This document shows positions 1-8,708 of a DNA stretch of 64,000 nt, one piece after another. A model generated the notes under the pieces. The model did no database searches. It had not been told where the DNA came from and was given only the letters and a program-made list of their open reading frames with translations. The stretch is from Candidatus Moraniibacteriota bacterium (lineage in GTDB: Bacteria; Patescibacteriota; Minisyncoccia; Moranbacterales; UBA1568): contig JAQTRS010000004.1 in the NCBI GenBank assembly GCA_028711705.1, positions 9,205 through 73,204 of the forward strand. Direction: 5' to 3'. The position numbers and the translations under genes were made by a program. The first letter of the stretch is position 1, and each line of letters opens with the position of its first letter.

Positions 1-1407
1 GCCAGTCTCAAGCAAGATGGCGATAACTATCTGGTGAGCCTGGACTATCCGGAGCTCAACCCGTTCATGGAAAATGCGACCAATGCCGCCAAGAGGAAGG
101 AACTGATGGAGAAGGCTCTGCATAAGGGCGGATCGCGCAATATGGAAATCCTGAAAGAAGTGGTGCGGATGCGGGATGAGAACGCGAGAATTTTGGGGTA
201 TGAACACCATGCGGATTTCAGGCTCGAGGTCAAGATGGCCAAGGATGCCAAGACCGTTTTCGGCTTCATGTCCGAATTGATGGGGAAGATGCGGGGCGGA
301 CTTGAAAAAGAAATGAATGAGCTCAAAGCGCTCAAGCATCGGATAGCGCCGGACGAAGGGGAGGAGGTGCGATTCTACGACATCGCTTTTTTGTCCAGCG
401 AACTCAAGAAAGAGCGTCTCAATATCGATACGCAGAAGGTGGCGGAGTATTTCCCCTTGCAGAAAGTCCTGCAAGGCATGCTTGAAGTCTATGCGCATCT
501 TTTGTCGGTAAAATTCGAAGAGGTTGCCGGGTATCCGGTTTGGCATGAGGATGTGAAGGTGTATGCGGTGCGCGAACTTTCGGGGGATATCATCGCCTAT
601 TTTTTCCTCGACCTTTACCCTCGCGAAGGGAAGTATGGTCATGCCGCCGTATTCGAAGTTATCACGGGATATCGGAAGGGATTTTCAGGTGATGAGTACA
701 CGGTGCCGGTGGCCTCCATGCTGGCGAATTTTCCGAAGCCGAGCGCGCAGCACCCGTCGCTCATGACGCACTATGAGGCAGTGGTATTGTTTCATGAATT
801 CGGGCATGTGATGCATGAGACGCTCACAAAGGCGAGGTATCGGTCGCAGGCCGGATTCAATGTGGCTTGGGATTTCGCGGAGGCTCCATCGCAGATGCTG
901 GAAAACTGGATGTGGGATAAGGAAGTGCTCGCCAAGATTTCTGGCCACTATAAGACAGGAGAGAAGTTGCCTGAGGCGATGCTTGAAAGCTTGGCAGCGG
1001 CTAAGACGTTCATGGTGGCGTATTCGACGATGCGTCAAATGGTAATGGCTTCGTTTGATATGGAACTTCACACGCGAGGCATTGAGGGCGAGCTCAATGA
1101 AGAATATGCGCAGATGGTGGCGCAGACGATGGGCATACTTCTTCCGCAAGAGCAGATATTTCTCGCCGGGTGGGGACACTTGATGGGGTATGATGCCGGA
1201 TATTATGGCTATATGTGGTCGCTTGTGTATGCAGCGGATATGTTTACGCGTTTTGAAAAAGAAGGTGTGCTGAATGCCAAGACGGGAATGGAGTATAGAA
1301 AGTGGATTTTGGAAAAAGGATCGAGTCAGGATGAAATGAGTTTGGTGGAAGGATTTCTGGGACGCACGGCGAGTAACGACGCCTTTCTTCGAAGTAAGGG
1401 ATTGTGA
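1..1407 (+). CDS. M3 family zinc metallopeptidase (oligopeptidase A / thimet oligopeptidase / Dcp-like), 5' partial
   Basis: The reading frame is open from base 1 (the listed ORF starts at a GTG at 34, but no stop occurs upstream). HEFGHVMHE (HEXXH) zinc motif plus downstream E. About 469 aa of the C-terminal part of a typically 600-680 aa M3 enzyme. Confidence 0.85.
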   Translation, partial: ASLKQDGDNYLVSLDYPELNPFMENATNAAKRKELMEKALHKGGSRNMEILKEVVRMRDENARILGYEHHADFRLEVKMAKDAKTVFGFMSELMGKMRGGLEKEMNELKALKHRIAPDEGEEVRFYDIAFLSSELKKERLNIDTQKVAEYFPLQKVLQGMLEVYAHLLSVKFEEVAGYPVWHEDVKVYAVRELSGDIIAYFFLDLYPREGKYGHAAVFEVITGYRKGFSGDEYTVPVASMLANFPKPSAQHPSLMTHYEAVVLFHEFGHVMHETLTKARYRSQAGFNVAWDFAEAPSQMLENWMWDKEVLAKISGHYKTGEKLPEAMLESLAAAKTFMVAYSTMRQMVMASFDMELHTRGIEGELNEEYAQMVAQTMGILLPQEQIFLAGWGHLMGYDAGYYGYMWSLVYAADMFTRFEKEGVLNAKTGMEYRKWILEKGSSQDEMSLVEGFLGRTASNDAFLRSKGL

Positions 1408-1523
1408 TCCTTTTTTGCTTGATTGAAAAAAATGGTGTACAATACATAGCGTTGAGATATACTTACAATAGTAGCTTATATAAGCTATAAAATAGTGTAT
1501 AATTCTTATTTTGTCAGTATACA

Positions 1524-1552
1524 TTGACAAAATACAAAGAAGACATTACAAT
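1524..1552 (+). promoter_or_regulatory. sigma70-type promoter (TTGACA-N17-TACAAT) overlapped by a palindrome; a second 16-bp perfect palindrome lies just upstream
   Basis: TTGACA at 1524-1529, 17-nt spacer, TACAAT at 1547-1552. Inverted repeat TTTTGTCA-N8-TGACAAAA at 1509-1532 overlaps the -35. Perfect palindrome TAGCTTATATAAGCTA at 1472-1487 in the AT-rich intergenic region. Confidence 0.5.
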
Positions 1553-1609
1553 AGTAAGCGTCGGGTTAAAAATTCGACCTCTTTAACAACAACAAGAAGT
1601 GAGGGAAAG

Positions 1610-1909
1610 ATGATAAACAAGAAGGTAGTTTTAAAAGATGCTTGGGTGTGTCTTATGCAAGTAGCACTTCCAAATGTTGAGGGGAATGTTCCCGAAACAG
1701 AATTTGTCTCAGTTAAAGGTTTTGAATCTTTTGAATCGGTAGCGAACTTTGTTGATCACACAGTAGCTCCGCTAATGAAGATAAGTTACTCGGAAGACCA
1801 GCATATACCAAGTGTCCTACTGAACGCTTATGCGGTCAGCGAATCAATACTTTTTTCTTTGGCAAAGTATTTCAGTACGGATATCGAAAGTATCCGTATG
1901 ATGGAGTGA
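1610..1909 (+). CDS. hypothetical small protein (99 aa)
   Basis: ATG at 1610 preceded by GAGGGAAAG RBS. Located after the AT-rich promoter region. No recognisable motifs. Confidence 0.5.
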   Translation: MINKKVVLKDAWVCLMQVALPNVEGNVPETEFVSVKGFESFESVANFVDHTVAPLMKISYSEDQHIPSVLLNAYAVSESILFSLAKYFSTDIESIRMME

Positions 1910-2010
1910 AAAATTTCCGCCAAAAGCGGAGAACGGAAACGGTATAAACAGTATTCGTTTCTTATAAAGGATTAGCACATAATGCCAATCCTTTTTTAAT
2001 TTCCCCGAAC

Positions 2011-3531
2011 TTATTCTTGAAACAGGTTTTTTCCGGTCATCGCGTTAGGCTGTGCAATGCGCATTAAATGGAGCATGGTCGGCGTGACATCGGCGAGCGA
2101 TCCATTGGCAAGTATTCCTGGGGCTGTGACGATGGCAGGGACGACATTGGAAGTGTGCGCGGTGTGAGTTTCTTGCGTCTCTTGATCGATATTCAGTTCC
2201 GCGTTACCGTGATCGGCAGTAATAAAAGCAACGCCATCTTTAGCAAGAGTTGCTTCAATGACGCGTTTGAGTTGCGTGTCAATTTCTTCAATGGCTATGA
2301 TAAGTGCTTCACGATTTCCAGTATGTCCGACCATATCGGCGTTGGCAAAGTTGATAAAAATAAAGTCGGTTCCTTTTTCAATGCATTCAAGCACTTTGTC
2401 GGCGATTTCTTTGGCGCGCATTTTTGGTGCCTGATCATGCGTTTGAATATCCTTGCGACTTTCAATGAGAATGTGCTCTTCGTTTCGATGTGGAAGTTCT
2501 TGACCGCCATTGAGGAAATAGGTGGCATGAGCATATTTTTCCGTCTCAGCGACATGGGCCTGCGAGAGTCCGGCAGCGGAAACTTCCTGGGCGAGGGTGG
2601 TGGTGATGACGCTCGGCGGGAAGGCCACGAGGCTCGGGATATTCTTGTCGTATTCGGTGAGCGTGACGAAGCAGAGGTTCTTATCATCCGCGTGGGCGAC
2701 GATCTTGCTTGAAATCATGCGCGCCCGATCGGAACGGAAATTGAAAAAGAAGATGCCATCATTGTCATTGATAGTGGAACTATTGCCCTCTTCATCAAGG
2801 AAGACGACAGGTTCGATATGCTCATCGACAAAGCCTTGTGCATAGAGCGCTTCGATGACTTCCGATGGCTTGCGGGTTTTATGCGCATTCACGCTCTCAC
2901 CCTGGAAGATGGCCTTCTCGACCTTTTCGAGGCGGTCCCAGTTATTGTCGCGGTCCATGGCATAGAAACGGCCGGCGGCAGTAGCGATGAAACCGATGCC
3001 GAGGTTGTCGATCACATCCTCTAGTTCCCGCAAGAAACCGGCTGCGCTGCGCGGACTGACATCTCGTCCGTCGGTGAAGGCATGGATGGCTATCTTTTTG
3101 ATGCCGGCTTCTTTGGCGGCTTCCAAGAAGGCATATAGGTGCTGACTGTGACTGTGGACGCCGCCGGGAGAGAGGAGCCCTTTGATATGGAGGACGGAGT
3201 CATATTTTTTGACATGGTCGAACAGTGTGACGAAGGCCGGATTGGTAGCGAATTCGTTGTTGCGGATGGATTTGGCGATGCGTACCAGGTCGGTGTCGAT
3301 GATTTTTCCGGCGCCGATAGTCATGTGGCCGACTTCGCTATTGCCCATCTGTCCTTCGGGCAGCCCGACGCTTTCCGAGCTGGCATCCAAAAAAGCATGC
3401 GGATAGGTTTTCAGAAGGTGGTCGAAGAACGGTGTCTTGGCCTGTGCGATAGCATTATCTTTGACGTCTTCGCGATGCCCCCAGCCGTCGAGGATGATAA
3501 GGATGGCGGGCGTATGGTCTTTATGTGTCAT
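2011..3531 (-). CDS. gpmI: 2,3-bisphosphoglycerate-independent phosphoglycerate mutase
   Basis: N-terminus ...PAILIILDGWGHRE..., with metal-binding/phosphoserine-region motifs typical of iPGM and a length of about 507 aa. Start chosen at MTHKDH (3531); the longer ORF reaches 3603. Confidence 0.85.
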   Translation of the reverse strand: MTHKDHTPAILIILDGWGHREDVKDNAIAQAKTPFFDHLLKTYPHAFLDASSESVGLPEGQMGNSEVGHMTIGAGKIIDTDLVRIAKSIRNNEFATNPAFVTLFDHVKKYDSVLHIKGLLSPGGVHSHSQHLYAFLEAAKEAGIKKIAIHAFTDGRDVSPRSAAGFLRELEDVIDNLGIGFIATAAGRFYAMDRDNNWDRLEKVEKAIFQGESVNAHKTRKPSEVIEALYAQGFVDEHIEPVVFLDEEGNSSTINDNDGIFFFNFRSDRARMISSKIVAHADDKNLCFVTLTEYDKNIPSLVAFPPSVITTTLAQEVSAAGLSQAHVAETEKYAHATYFLNGGQELPHRNEEHILIESRKDIQTHDQAPKMRAKEIADKVLECIEKGTDFIFINFANADMVGHTGNREALIIAIEEIDTQLKRVIEATLAKDGVAFITADHGNAELNIDQETQETHTAHTSNVVPAIVTAPGILANGSLADVTPTMLHLMRIAQPNAMTGKNLFQE

Positions 3532-3625
3532 AGGGGTACGGATATACGGGTATTTATGAGGAAATAACACCTTCAGTGTAGTCCTTTTACGCGTTTTTGG
3601 CAATAAAAAGCGCTGTCATGCCATA

Positions 3626-3654
3626 TTGACAGTATGTATAAGAAATGCTATAAT
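3626..3654 (+). promoter_or_regulatory. consensus sigma70 promoter TTGACA-N17-TGCTATAAT for lipoprotein gene 1
   Basis: TTGACA at 3626-3631, 17-nt spacer, TATAAT at 3649-3654 with TGn extended -10. Preceded by the TTTTGGCAATAAAAAGCGCT block that is repeated at 4291-4310. Confidence 0.6.
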
Positions 3655-3701
3655 GGAACTTCCTAATAAATTGGTTATTGGGAATTACCGAGGATACTGA
3701 T

Positions 3702-4244
3702 GTGAAAAATAGTTATTTAAAAATATGCATGATAGTAGTCGCTTTTTTGCTGATGACCGGTTGTGCAACGAATAGATCGGATGAATACGTACCTGCCCAA
3801 TATCCTCAACAAGGATCGAATCAAAAAGGTTTCGCATCCGCGATACCGCCCTTAGGCTATGTTATGCGGAGAACGGAAACGGAGGGGCTGCAGATAGTAT
3901 TGTTTGTCGCTCCGGAAGTGACCGCTTCGGTCGGTGTGGAAATGTATCAGACACTGAAACAACGTGGCTGGTCACAGATAACGACCGCCGACGCATCCGA
4001 TAGGACAGCAGTGGATGTCGTGTGCCGAGTGGGCGCCGATGAGCGTCATGTGGCCGTTGAGTGCCGGACGGTCAGCCTTCGCGAAAAGACGCCGCTTACC
4101 GATGGTTTTACCGATGTCGATCAGACAGTAATCCGTGAGCAGGGGGCGGAACGGGTGAGGAATATGGTTGCCGATCTTGTGGAGGTGAAATACGTCGAGG
4201 TGATAAACATCGGCGTAGAGTATTTGTCTAAAAATGGGAAGTAG
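3702..4244 (+). CDS. putative lipoprotein (paralogue 1)
   Basis: GTG start aligned with the ATG of paralogue 2. Signal peptide with lipobox LMTGC. About 180 aa. Shares a Cys-containing central region with the downstream paralogue. Confidence 0.6.
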   Translation: MKNSYLKICMIVVAFLLMTGCATNRSDEYVPAQYPQQGSNQKGFASAIPPLGYVMRRTETEGLQIVLFVAPEVTASVGVEMYQTLKQRGWSQITTADASDRTAVDVVCRVGADERHVAVECRTVSLREKTPLTDGFTDVDQTVIREQGAERVRNMVADLVEVKYVEVINIGVEYLSKNGK

Positions 4245-4309
4245 TTTCTAGGATATGAAGAAAAGGGTGTTCAAAGCAATGCCCTTTTTGTTTTGGCAAT
4301 AAAAAGCGC

Positions 4310-4338
4310 TTGACAATATGGCTCTATGGTGCTATACT
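4310..4338 (+). promoter_or_regulatory. consensus sigma70 promoter TTGACA-N17-TGCTATACT for lipoprotein gene 2
   Basis: TTGACA at 4310-4315, 17-nt spacer, TATACT at 4333-4338. Same upstream TTTTGGCAATAAAAAGCGCT block and a shared TTGGTTATTGGGAAT leader segment, as for paralogue 1. Confidence 0.6.
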
Positions 4339-4391
4339 GGGCCTTCCTGATGAATTGGTTATTGGGAATGACGAAACCTTTGGGGGAGTGT

Positions 4392-4931
4392 ATGAAAAAA
4401 AGTTTTTTAAAAATAGGGATAATCGTGCTTGCATTTTTTACGTTGGTGGGCTGTGCTGAATCCAACGTAAAGAAAGGGATCGATATTCGGGTCTCTGAGC
4501 AGTCTTTCGAACAAGACATCGTCCCTAAAAAAACAGTGCTCACGATGACGGTGAGCGAGACAGTATTCGGTCTCGTAATCTCTCCGGAAACAGTCGCACT
4601 CATCGGGAACGACGCTTTGGCCGCTTTTGCAAAAAACGGCTGGAGAGAAGTAACAGACGATGATGGCGATGTGCTGGTGGATATCACGTGCTATCTTGAT
4701 TCCAAAGATAATACGGTCGCTGCACAATGCGAAACGGATGTGGATGTCAGATTCGATGGACATAACACTGTTCCGGTGTTGGCGTATGATAGCATGTCTG
4801 CCGCATCGCTTGGTTCACGTAAGTTCAGTGAGGCGATCGTAGGTCTTGTGATGGATCAGGCAGCAGCTGTCATACAGACGGCTGATGAAATAATAAAAGA
4901 CTCTATGGAACAGAAGAAGGAAAAGAAGTAA
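4392..4931 (+). CDS. putative lipoprotein (paralogue 2)
   Basis: ATG with GGGGAG RBS. MKKSFLKIGIIVLAFFTLVGC lipobox. The 5' leader and the N-terminal nucleotide sequence are similar to those of 3702-4244. Confidence 0.65.
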   Translation: MKKSFLKIGIIVLAFFTLVGCAESNVKKGIDIRVSEQSFEQDIVPKKTVLTMTVSETVFGLVISPETVALIGNDALAAFAKNGWREVTDDDGDVLVDITCYLDSKDNTVAAQCETDVDVRFDGHNTVPVLAYDSMSAASLGSRKFSEAIVGLVMDQAAAVIQTADEIIKDSMEQKKEKK

Positions 4932-5028
4932 TATACCGAAAGGGTGCGCAATGCGACACCCTTTCTTGATTTTTTGGTCAAAATGGCGTAGGGTAGAAGG
5001 AGTCTTACTAGGCTTCTTTTTGTTATAT

Positions 5029-6177
5029 ATGGCCCAAAAATACTGCATCAAAACTTTCGGTTGCGCGCAGAATGTGGCGGATTCCGAGCGGATCGCGTCG
5101 TTTTATGAGTCGCGCGGCTATGAGGAAACCAAGGACGATACGCAGGCGGATACCATCGTCATCAATACCTGCGTGATCCGCGGGCGGGCCGAGGAGAAGG
5201 TGTATGGCATGGTGCGTAATCTTCAGCCGTTGCGTGAGAAAAATCCCGACCTTTCCATCGTCATCACGGGGTGTCTGATCGGTGCGGCCTCGCGCGAGCC
5301 TTCAGGCAAGATGATGAAGGCACTCCGCAAGCGCGTGCCGCATGCGCAGCTTCTGCCGCTCGACGAAGTGGGTTTCGAATACGCCCCCAAGCGGACGCAG
5401 GGGAAGGCCGCCTTTATCCCGATTTCCAATGGGTGCAATAATTTCTGCGCCTACTGTATCGTGCCGTTTTCCCGGGGCAAGGAACGTTCCCGAACATTCG
5501 ATGAGATCGCGGGGGAGGTTTTCGAGGCGGTCGAATCCGGCTGCGAGGAAATCGTGCTCTTGGGCCAGAACGTGAATTCGTATGGGGCGGATTTTCTGCA
5601 GGAGAAAATCAAAGAAGGTGATGCTTACACATTGCCCAATGGGGAAAACGTGAAACCGGTGATGGTCAAGCATCTGAACCGCCATCGCATCCCGACTCTT
5701 TTCCCGCAGCTTCTGGAATATGTTGCGACCGTTCCCGGTGTGAAAAAAGTAACCTTCCTTTCTTCGAATCCGTGGGACTTTTCGGACGAGCTGATCGCGG
5801 TGATGGCGCGTCAAAAGAATATCGATCGCCGATTGCACCTGCCGGTGCAGGCGGGGAGCGATGCGGTGCTTAAGGCGATGAACCGCTGGTATACGCGCGA
5901 TGAATATGTGGCGCTTGTCGATCGTATCCGCAAAGCCATTCCGGAAATCGAAATCACCACCGATATCATCGTCGGTTTCCCGGGAGAGACGGATGAGCAA
6001 TTCGAGGATACGATGGATCTGGCCCGCAAAGTTGGGTTCGCGCAGGCGTATATCGCGTGGTATTCACCGCGTCCGGGAACATCCGCCGCGACCAAGATGC
6101 AAGATGACGTGCCTTTTTTGGAAAAGAAACGGCGTTTCAAACAGATCGATGATGTGGTGTGCGGAAGGCTTCCGTAA
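5029..6177 (+). CDS. miaB: radical-SAM methylthiotransferase (MiaB/RimO family), apparently lacking the C-terminal TRAM domain
   Basis: N-terminal MTTase domain (KTFGCAQN...). Radical-SAM CxxxCxxC (CNNFCAYC). Ends right after the radical-SAM domain, at a TAA embedded in the flank of the IR element. Confidence 0.8.
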   Translation: MAQKYCIKTFGCAQNVADSERIASFYESRGYEETKDDTQADTIVINTCVIRGRAEEKVYGMVRNLQPLREKNPDLSIVITGCLIGAASREPSGKMMKALRKRVPHAQLLPLDEVGFEYAPKRTQGKAAFIPISNGCNNFCAYCIVPFSRGKERSRTFDEIAGEVFEAVESGCEEIVLLGQNVNSYGADFLQEKIKEGDAYTLPNGENVKPVMVKHLNRHRIPTLFPQLLEYVATVPGVKKVTFLSSNPWDFSDELIAVMARQKNIDRRLHLPVQAGSDAVLKAMNRWYTRDEYVALVDRIRKAIPEIEITTDIIVGFPGETDEQFEDTMDLARKVGFAQAYIAWYSPRPGTSAATKMQDDVPFLEKKRRFKQIDDVVCGRLP

Positions 6178-6182
6178 TAAGG

Positions 6183-6358
6183 GAGGTAGTAGGTGAGGTG
6201 TATGTATTTTTGAGTCTGACAAGAGCGGCGCTTTCATTGAGAATCCTTTTCGAGATAGAGGGAAGATAACATCTATGCAGGTTTCGCTTTTACATACCTA
6301 TCATTCCATCGCGCCTAGATGTCAGACTCAAAAATACATACACCTCACCTATTACCTC
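6183..6358. repeat. MITE-like element: 39-bp terminal inverted repeats (1 mismatch) flanking about 98 bp, bordered by TAATAA direct repeats
   Basis: Left arm 6183-6221 GAGGTAGTAGGTGAGGTGTATGTATTTTTGAGTCTGACA. Right arm 6320-6358 is its reverse complement apart from one G/A difference. TAATAAG and TAATAAC flank the element. Confidence 0.55.
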
Positions 6359-6407
6359 TAATAACAAGAGCGTTTCTAGCAGAGTATAACACATAACACA
6401 TAAAAAT

Positions 6408-7193
6408 ATGTCACAACAGACAACGCTCATCTCCTGGAACGTCAATGGTATCCGCGCGGCGGAGCGCAAGGGGTTTTTGGATTGGTTGGATCAGGGAAAA
6501 TATACTATCGTCGGGCTTCAGGAAACGAAGATATCTCATCCTGATCAGCTTTCGCATGAGCTCAAGAATCCGGATGGGTATGAATCTTTTTTTCACTGTG
6601 CGACAGAGAAGAAGGGGTATAGCGGGGTGGTCGCCTATACGCAGCGTACGCCGCTTGCGGTCAAAACGACATTTCCCGGCGCGGTCCTTTCCGGTGAGGG
6701 GCGCGTGATAGAGCTGGAGTTTCCGGAGTTCACGTTTCTCACTATCTATTATCCCAATGGGGGGTCGGGCAAGGTGCGTTTGGCGTATAAGTTGGAATTC
6801 TATAAAGAATTTTTGGAATATGTGAAGGGTTTGGTGGCGCAAGGGAAGAAGGTTATTTTTTGCGGGGATGTGAACACAGCACACAAAGAAATCGATTTGG
6901 CCCGTCCGAAGGAGAACGAGAATGCTTCCGGATTCATGCCGATCGAGCGCGAGTGGTTGGATACGTTCGAGGCGGCAGGATTCGTGGATACATTCCGTAT
7001 GTTTCATCCGGACTTGGCAGACCAGTACACATGGTGGGATATGAAGACGCGGGCGCGCGATCGCAACATCGGTTGGCGCATCGACTATTTCTATGTGAGC
7101 GAGAATATGCGCGATGCTGTGAAAGATGCCTTTATCCTTCCGGATGTCATGGGTTCGGACCACTGTCCGGTGGGCGTGACGCTGGATATATAG
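6408..7193 (+). CDS. xth: exodeoxyribonuclease III (AP endonuclease, ExoIII/APE1 family)
   Basis: LISWNVNGIRA N-terminus, conserved catalytic D/H residues, C-terminal SDHCPV motif, length 261 aa. Confidence 0.9.
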   Translation: MSQQTTLISWNVNGIRAAERKGFLDWLDQGKYTIVGLQETKISHPDQLSHELKNPDGYESFFHCATEKKGYSGVVAYTQRTPLAVKTTFPGAVLSGEGRVIELEFPEFTFLTIYYPNGGSGKVRLAYKLEFYKEFLEYVKGLVAQGKKVIFCGDVNTAHKEIDLARPKENENASGFMPIEREWLDTFEAAGFVDTFRMFHPDLADQYTWWDMKTRARDRNIGWRIDYFYVSENMRDAVKDAFILPDVMGSDHCPVGVTLDI

Positions 7194-7281
7194 GCAGCCT
7201 CGTTTTTGGCAAAATGAAAACGCGCTTGATCTTATGATAAAGAATAAGCGCGTTTTTTATGGCAATGTTGTCCGACTTGTT

Positions 7282-7719
7282 TTATCCGGCAAGATATTTT
7301 TCGGATATGAGTAATCCGATCACATTGTGCCCGCGATTCCGCAGGCAGGCTTTGTAGGCGTTTTTGAATACGGAATCACCCTCGAAGGCTCCTTTGGCAC
7401 CTCCTCCAAATCCGCCAGCCGCCGCACCGACCGCCGCACCTGTTCCAGGGTTTCCGAGGAAGGCTCCGGCTATCGCGCCGCCGGCTGCACCGATGAGCGC
7501 ACCGCTTCCGGCTTGTAGGGCGGTTTCGGTGCCAGTGCTGCCTGCTTGACTTGCAAGCTGTCGGCACTCTGCCATATCCTGCCCAAGCCGGTAGGCATGG
7601 GGATCATTGTAGGAATCGACGGTCGGTCGCCACCCTCCCACCTGAGCGCAGCCGGAAATCAATACAGCAGCGATCGAAAGGATAAAGAGGTTGCGTTTTT
7701 TAAAAGTACTATTTTTCAT
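7282..7719 (-). CDS. glycine-zipper (SlyB/17-kDa antigen-like) outer-membrane lipoprotein
   Basis: Signal peptide with lipobox ISGC. Long GxxxG/A glycine-zipper run (GALIGAAGGAIAGAFLGNPGTGAAVGAAAGGFGGGAKG). AAAGGGGA RBS on the minus strand. Confidence 0.7.
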   Translation of the reverse strand: MKNSTFKKRNLFILSIAAVLISGCAQVGGWRPTVDSYNDPHAYRLGQDMAECRQLASQAGSTGTETALQAGSGALIGAAGGAIAGAFLGNPGTGAAVGAAAGGFGGGAKGAFEGDSVFKNAYKACLRNRGHNVIGLLISEKYLAG

Positions 7720-8030
7720 GGGGTATCCCCTTTGCGTGGTGTGTTTTAAAATGGTTTATGTCTCTCGGATGCGCCGCAGCGCGGCAGAGGACTTGGCACT
7801 ATAGCATATATACCATAGATATGTCAATACCGGGGCATTGCGCCTCTGGACAAGTGTGCGATTATCTGGTATGCTGGCTTTTTGGCATGGTTCTTTGACA
7901 ATTAGGTTGGCGACGGAAAAGCCTATGCTTTTGAAAAGCGCAGGCGCGGTGAAAATCCTTCATAATGCTTGCGCTTTTCAAAATTTGAAAGCCATATAAC
8001 TATCGCCACCACAATCAAGAGGAAAAAATC

Positions 8031-8582
8031 ATGGAGACCATCCAATCAAATCAACCGATTCAACCGATCAAACCAACTACGATCCTAGATCTTCCGATAC
8101 AGCCGATCGAAGGATCATACAATAAAGGAGTCGTTTGCAGCGACGGGGTCTGGATCGAGACTGAAGGTATGCATCAGCGCTTTTTCGGGCCGTATCCCAC
8201 ACCTGAGGAGGCGAACCGAAAAAATATCAGCATAGACGATGGCATCGCGGCAAGAAAAGGATACTACATTATCTTGCCGGTAGGCACGAAAGCGGAGACC
8301 ATCTGCAAGTGCATGGGGGAATTCGAGCCGTGTTATTTTTATCTGAAAAAAGATATCACGCAAGCCGATGTCGCGGATCAATCGAGATTTTCGCATGGAG
8401 GAACGCATGAAAAACGCCATGTAGTAAAAGTAGCGAATAAGAAGAACAGTCTTATCGTCGGGTACTGCTGCAAATCGGCCTGCCATATATCCTTGGACAA
8501 TCAATATGTCCAATATGTGGATACGCTGAATGACAGATGGTCGTTCGAGTACACCTCTGTGCTTCTCAACAAGTCTTTATAG
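8031..8582 (+). CDS. hypothetical protein
   Basis: GAGGA RBS, 183 aa, several Cys residues, no recognisable family motif. Confidence 0.5.
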   Translation: METIQSNQPIQPIKPTTILDLPIQPIEGSYNKGVVCSDGVWIETEGMHQRFFGPYPTPEEANRKNISIDDGIAARKGYYIILPVGTKAETICKCMGEFEPCYFYLKKDITQADVADQSRFSHGGTHEKRHVVKVANKKNSLIVGYCCKSACHISLDNQYVQYVDTLNDRWSFEYTSVLLNKSL

Positions 8583-8708
8583 CATAAGGACAACCTACAC
8601 GCGGAGGTTTCGAAGGAATACACTGTATTTCGGAGAAACCCCCGTTTTTTTATACCTCTTGTATCCTGTGCTATACTCTGAGAACCAAGTATCGCTCAGT
8701 TTACGCAT

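Noticed and set aside
685-1530. 281-aa minus-strand ORF antisense to the M3 peptidase gene
   Set aside because: Completely overlaps a gene with clear peptidase motifs. Its composition is Arg/His-rich, as expected of a shadow frame.
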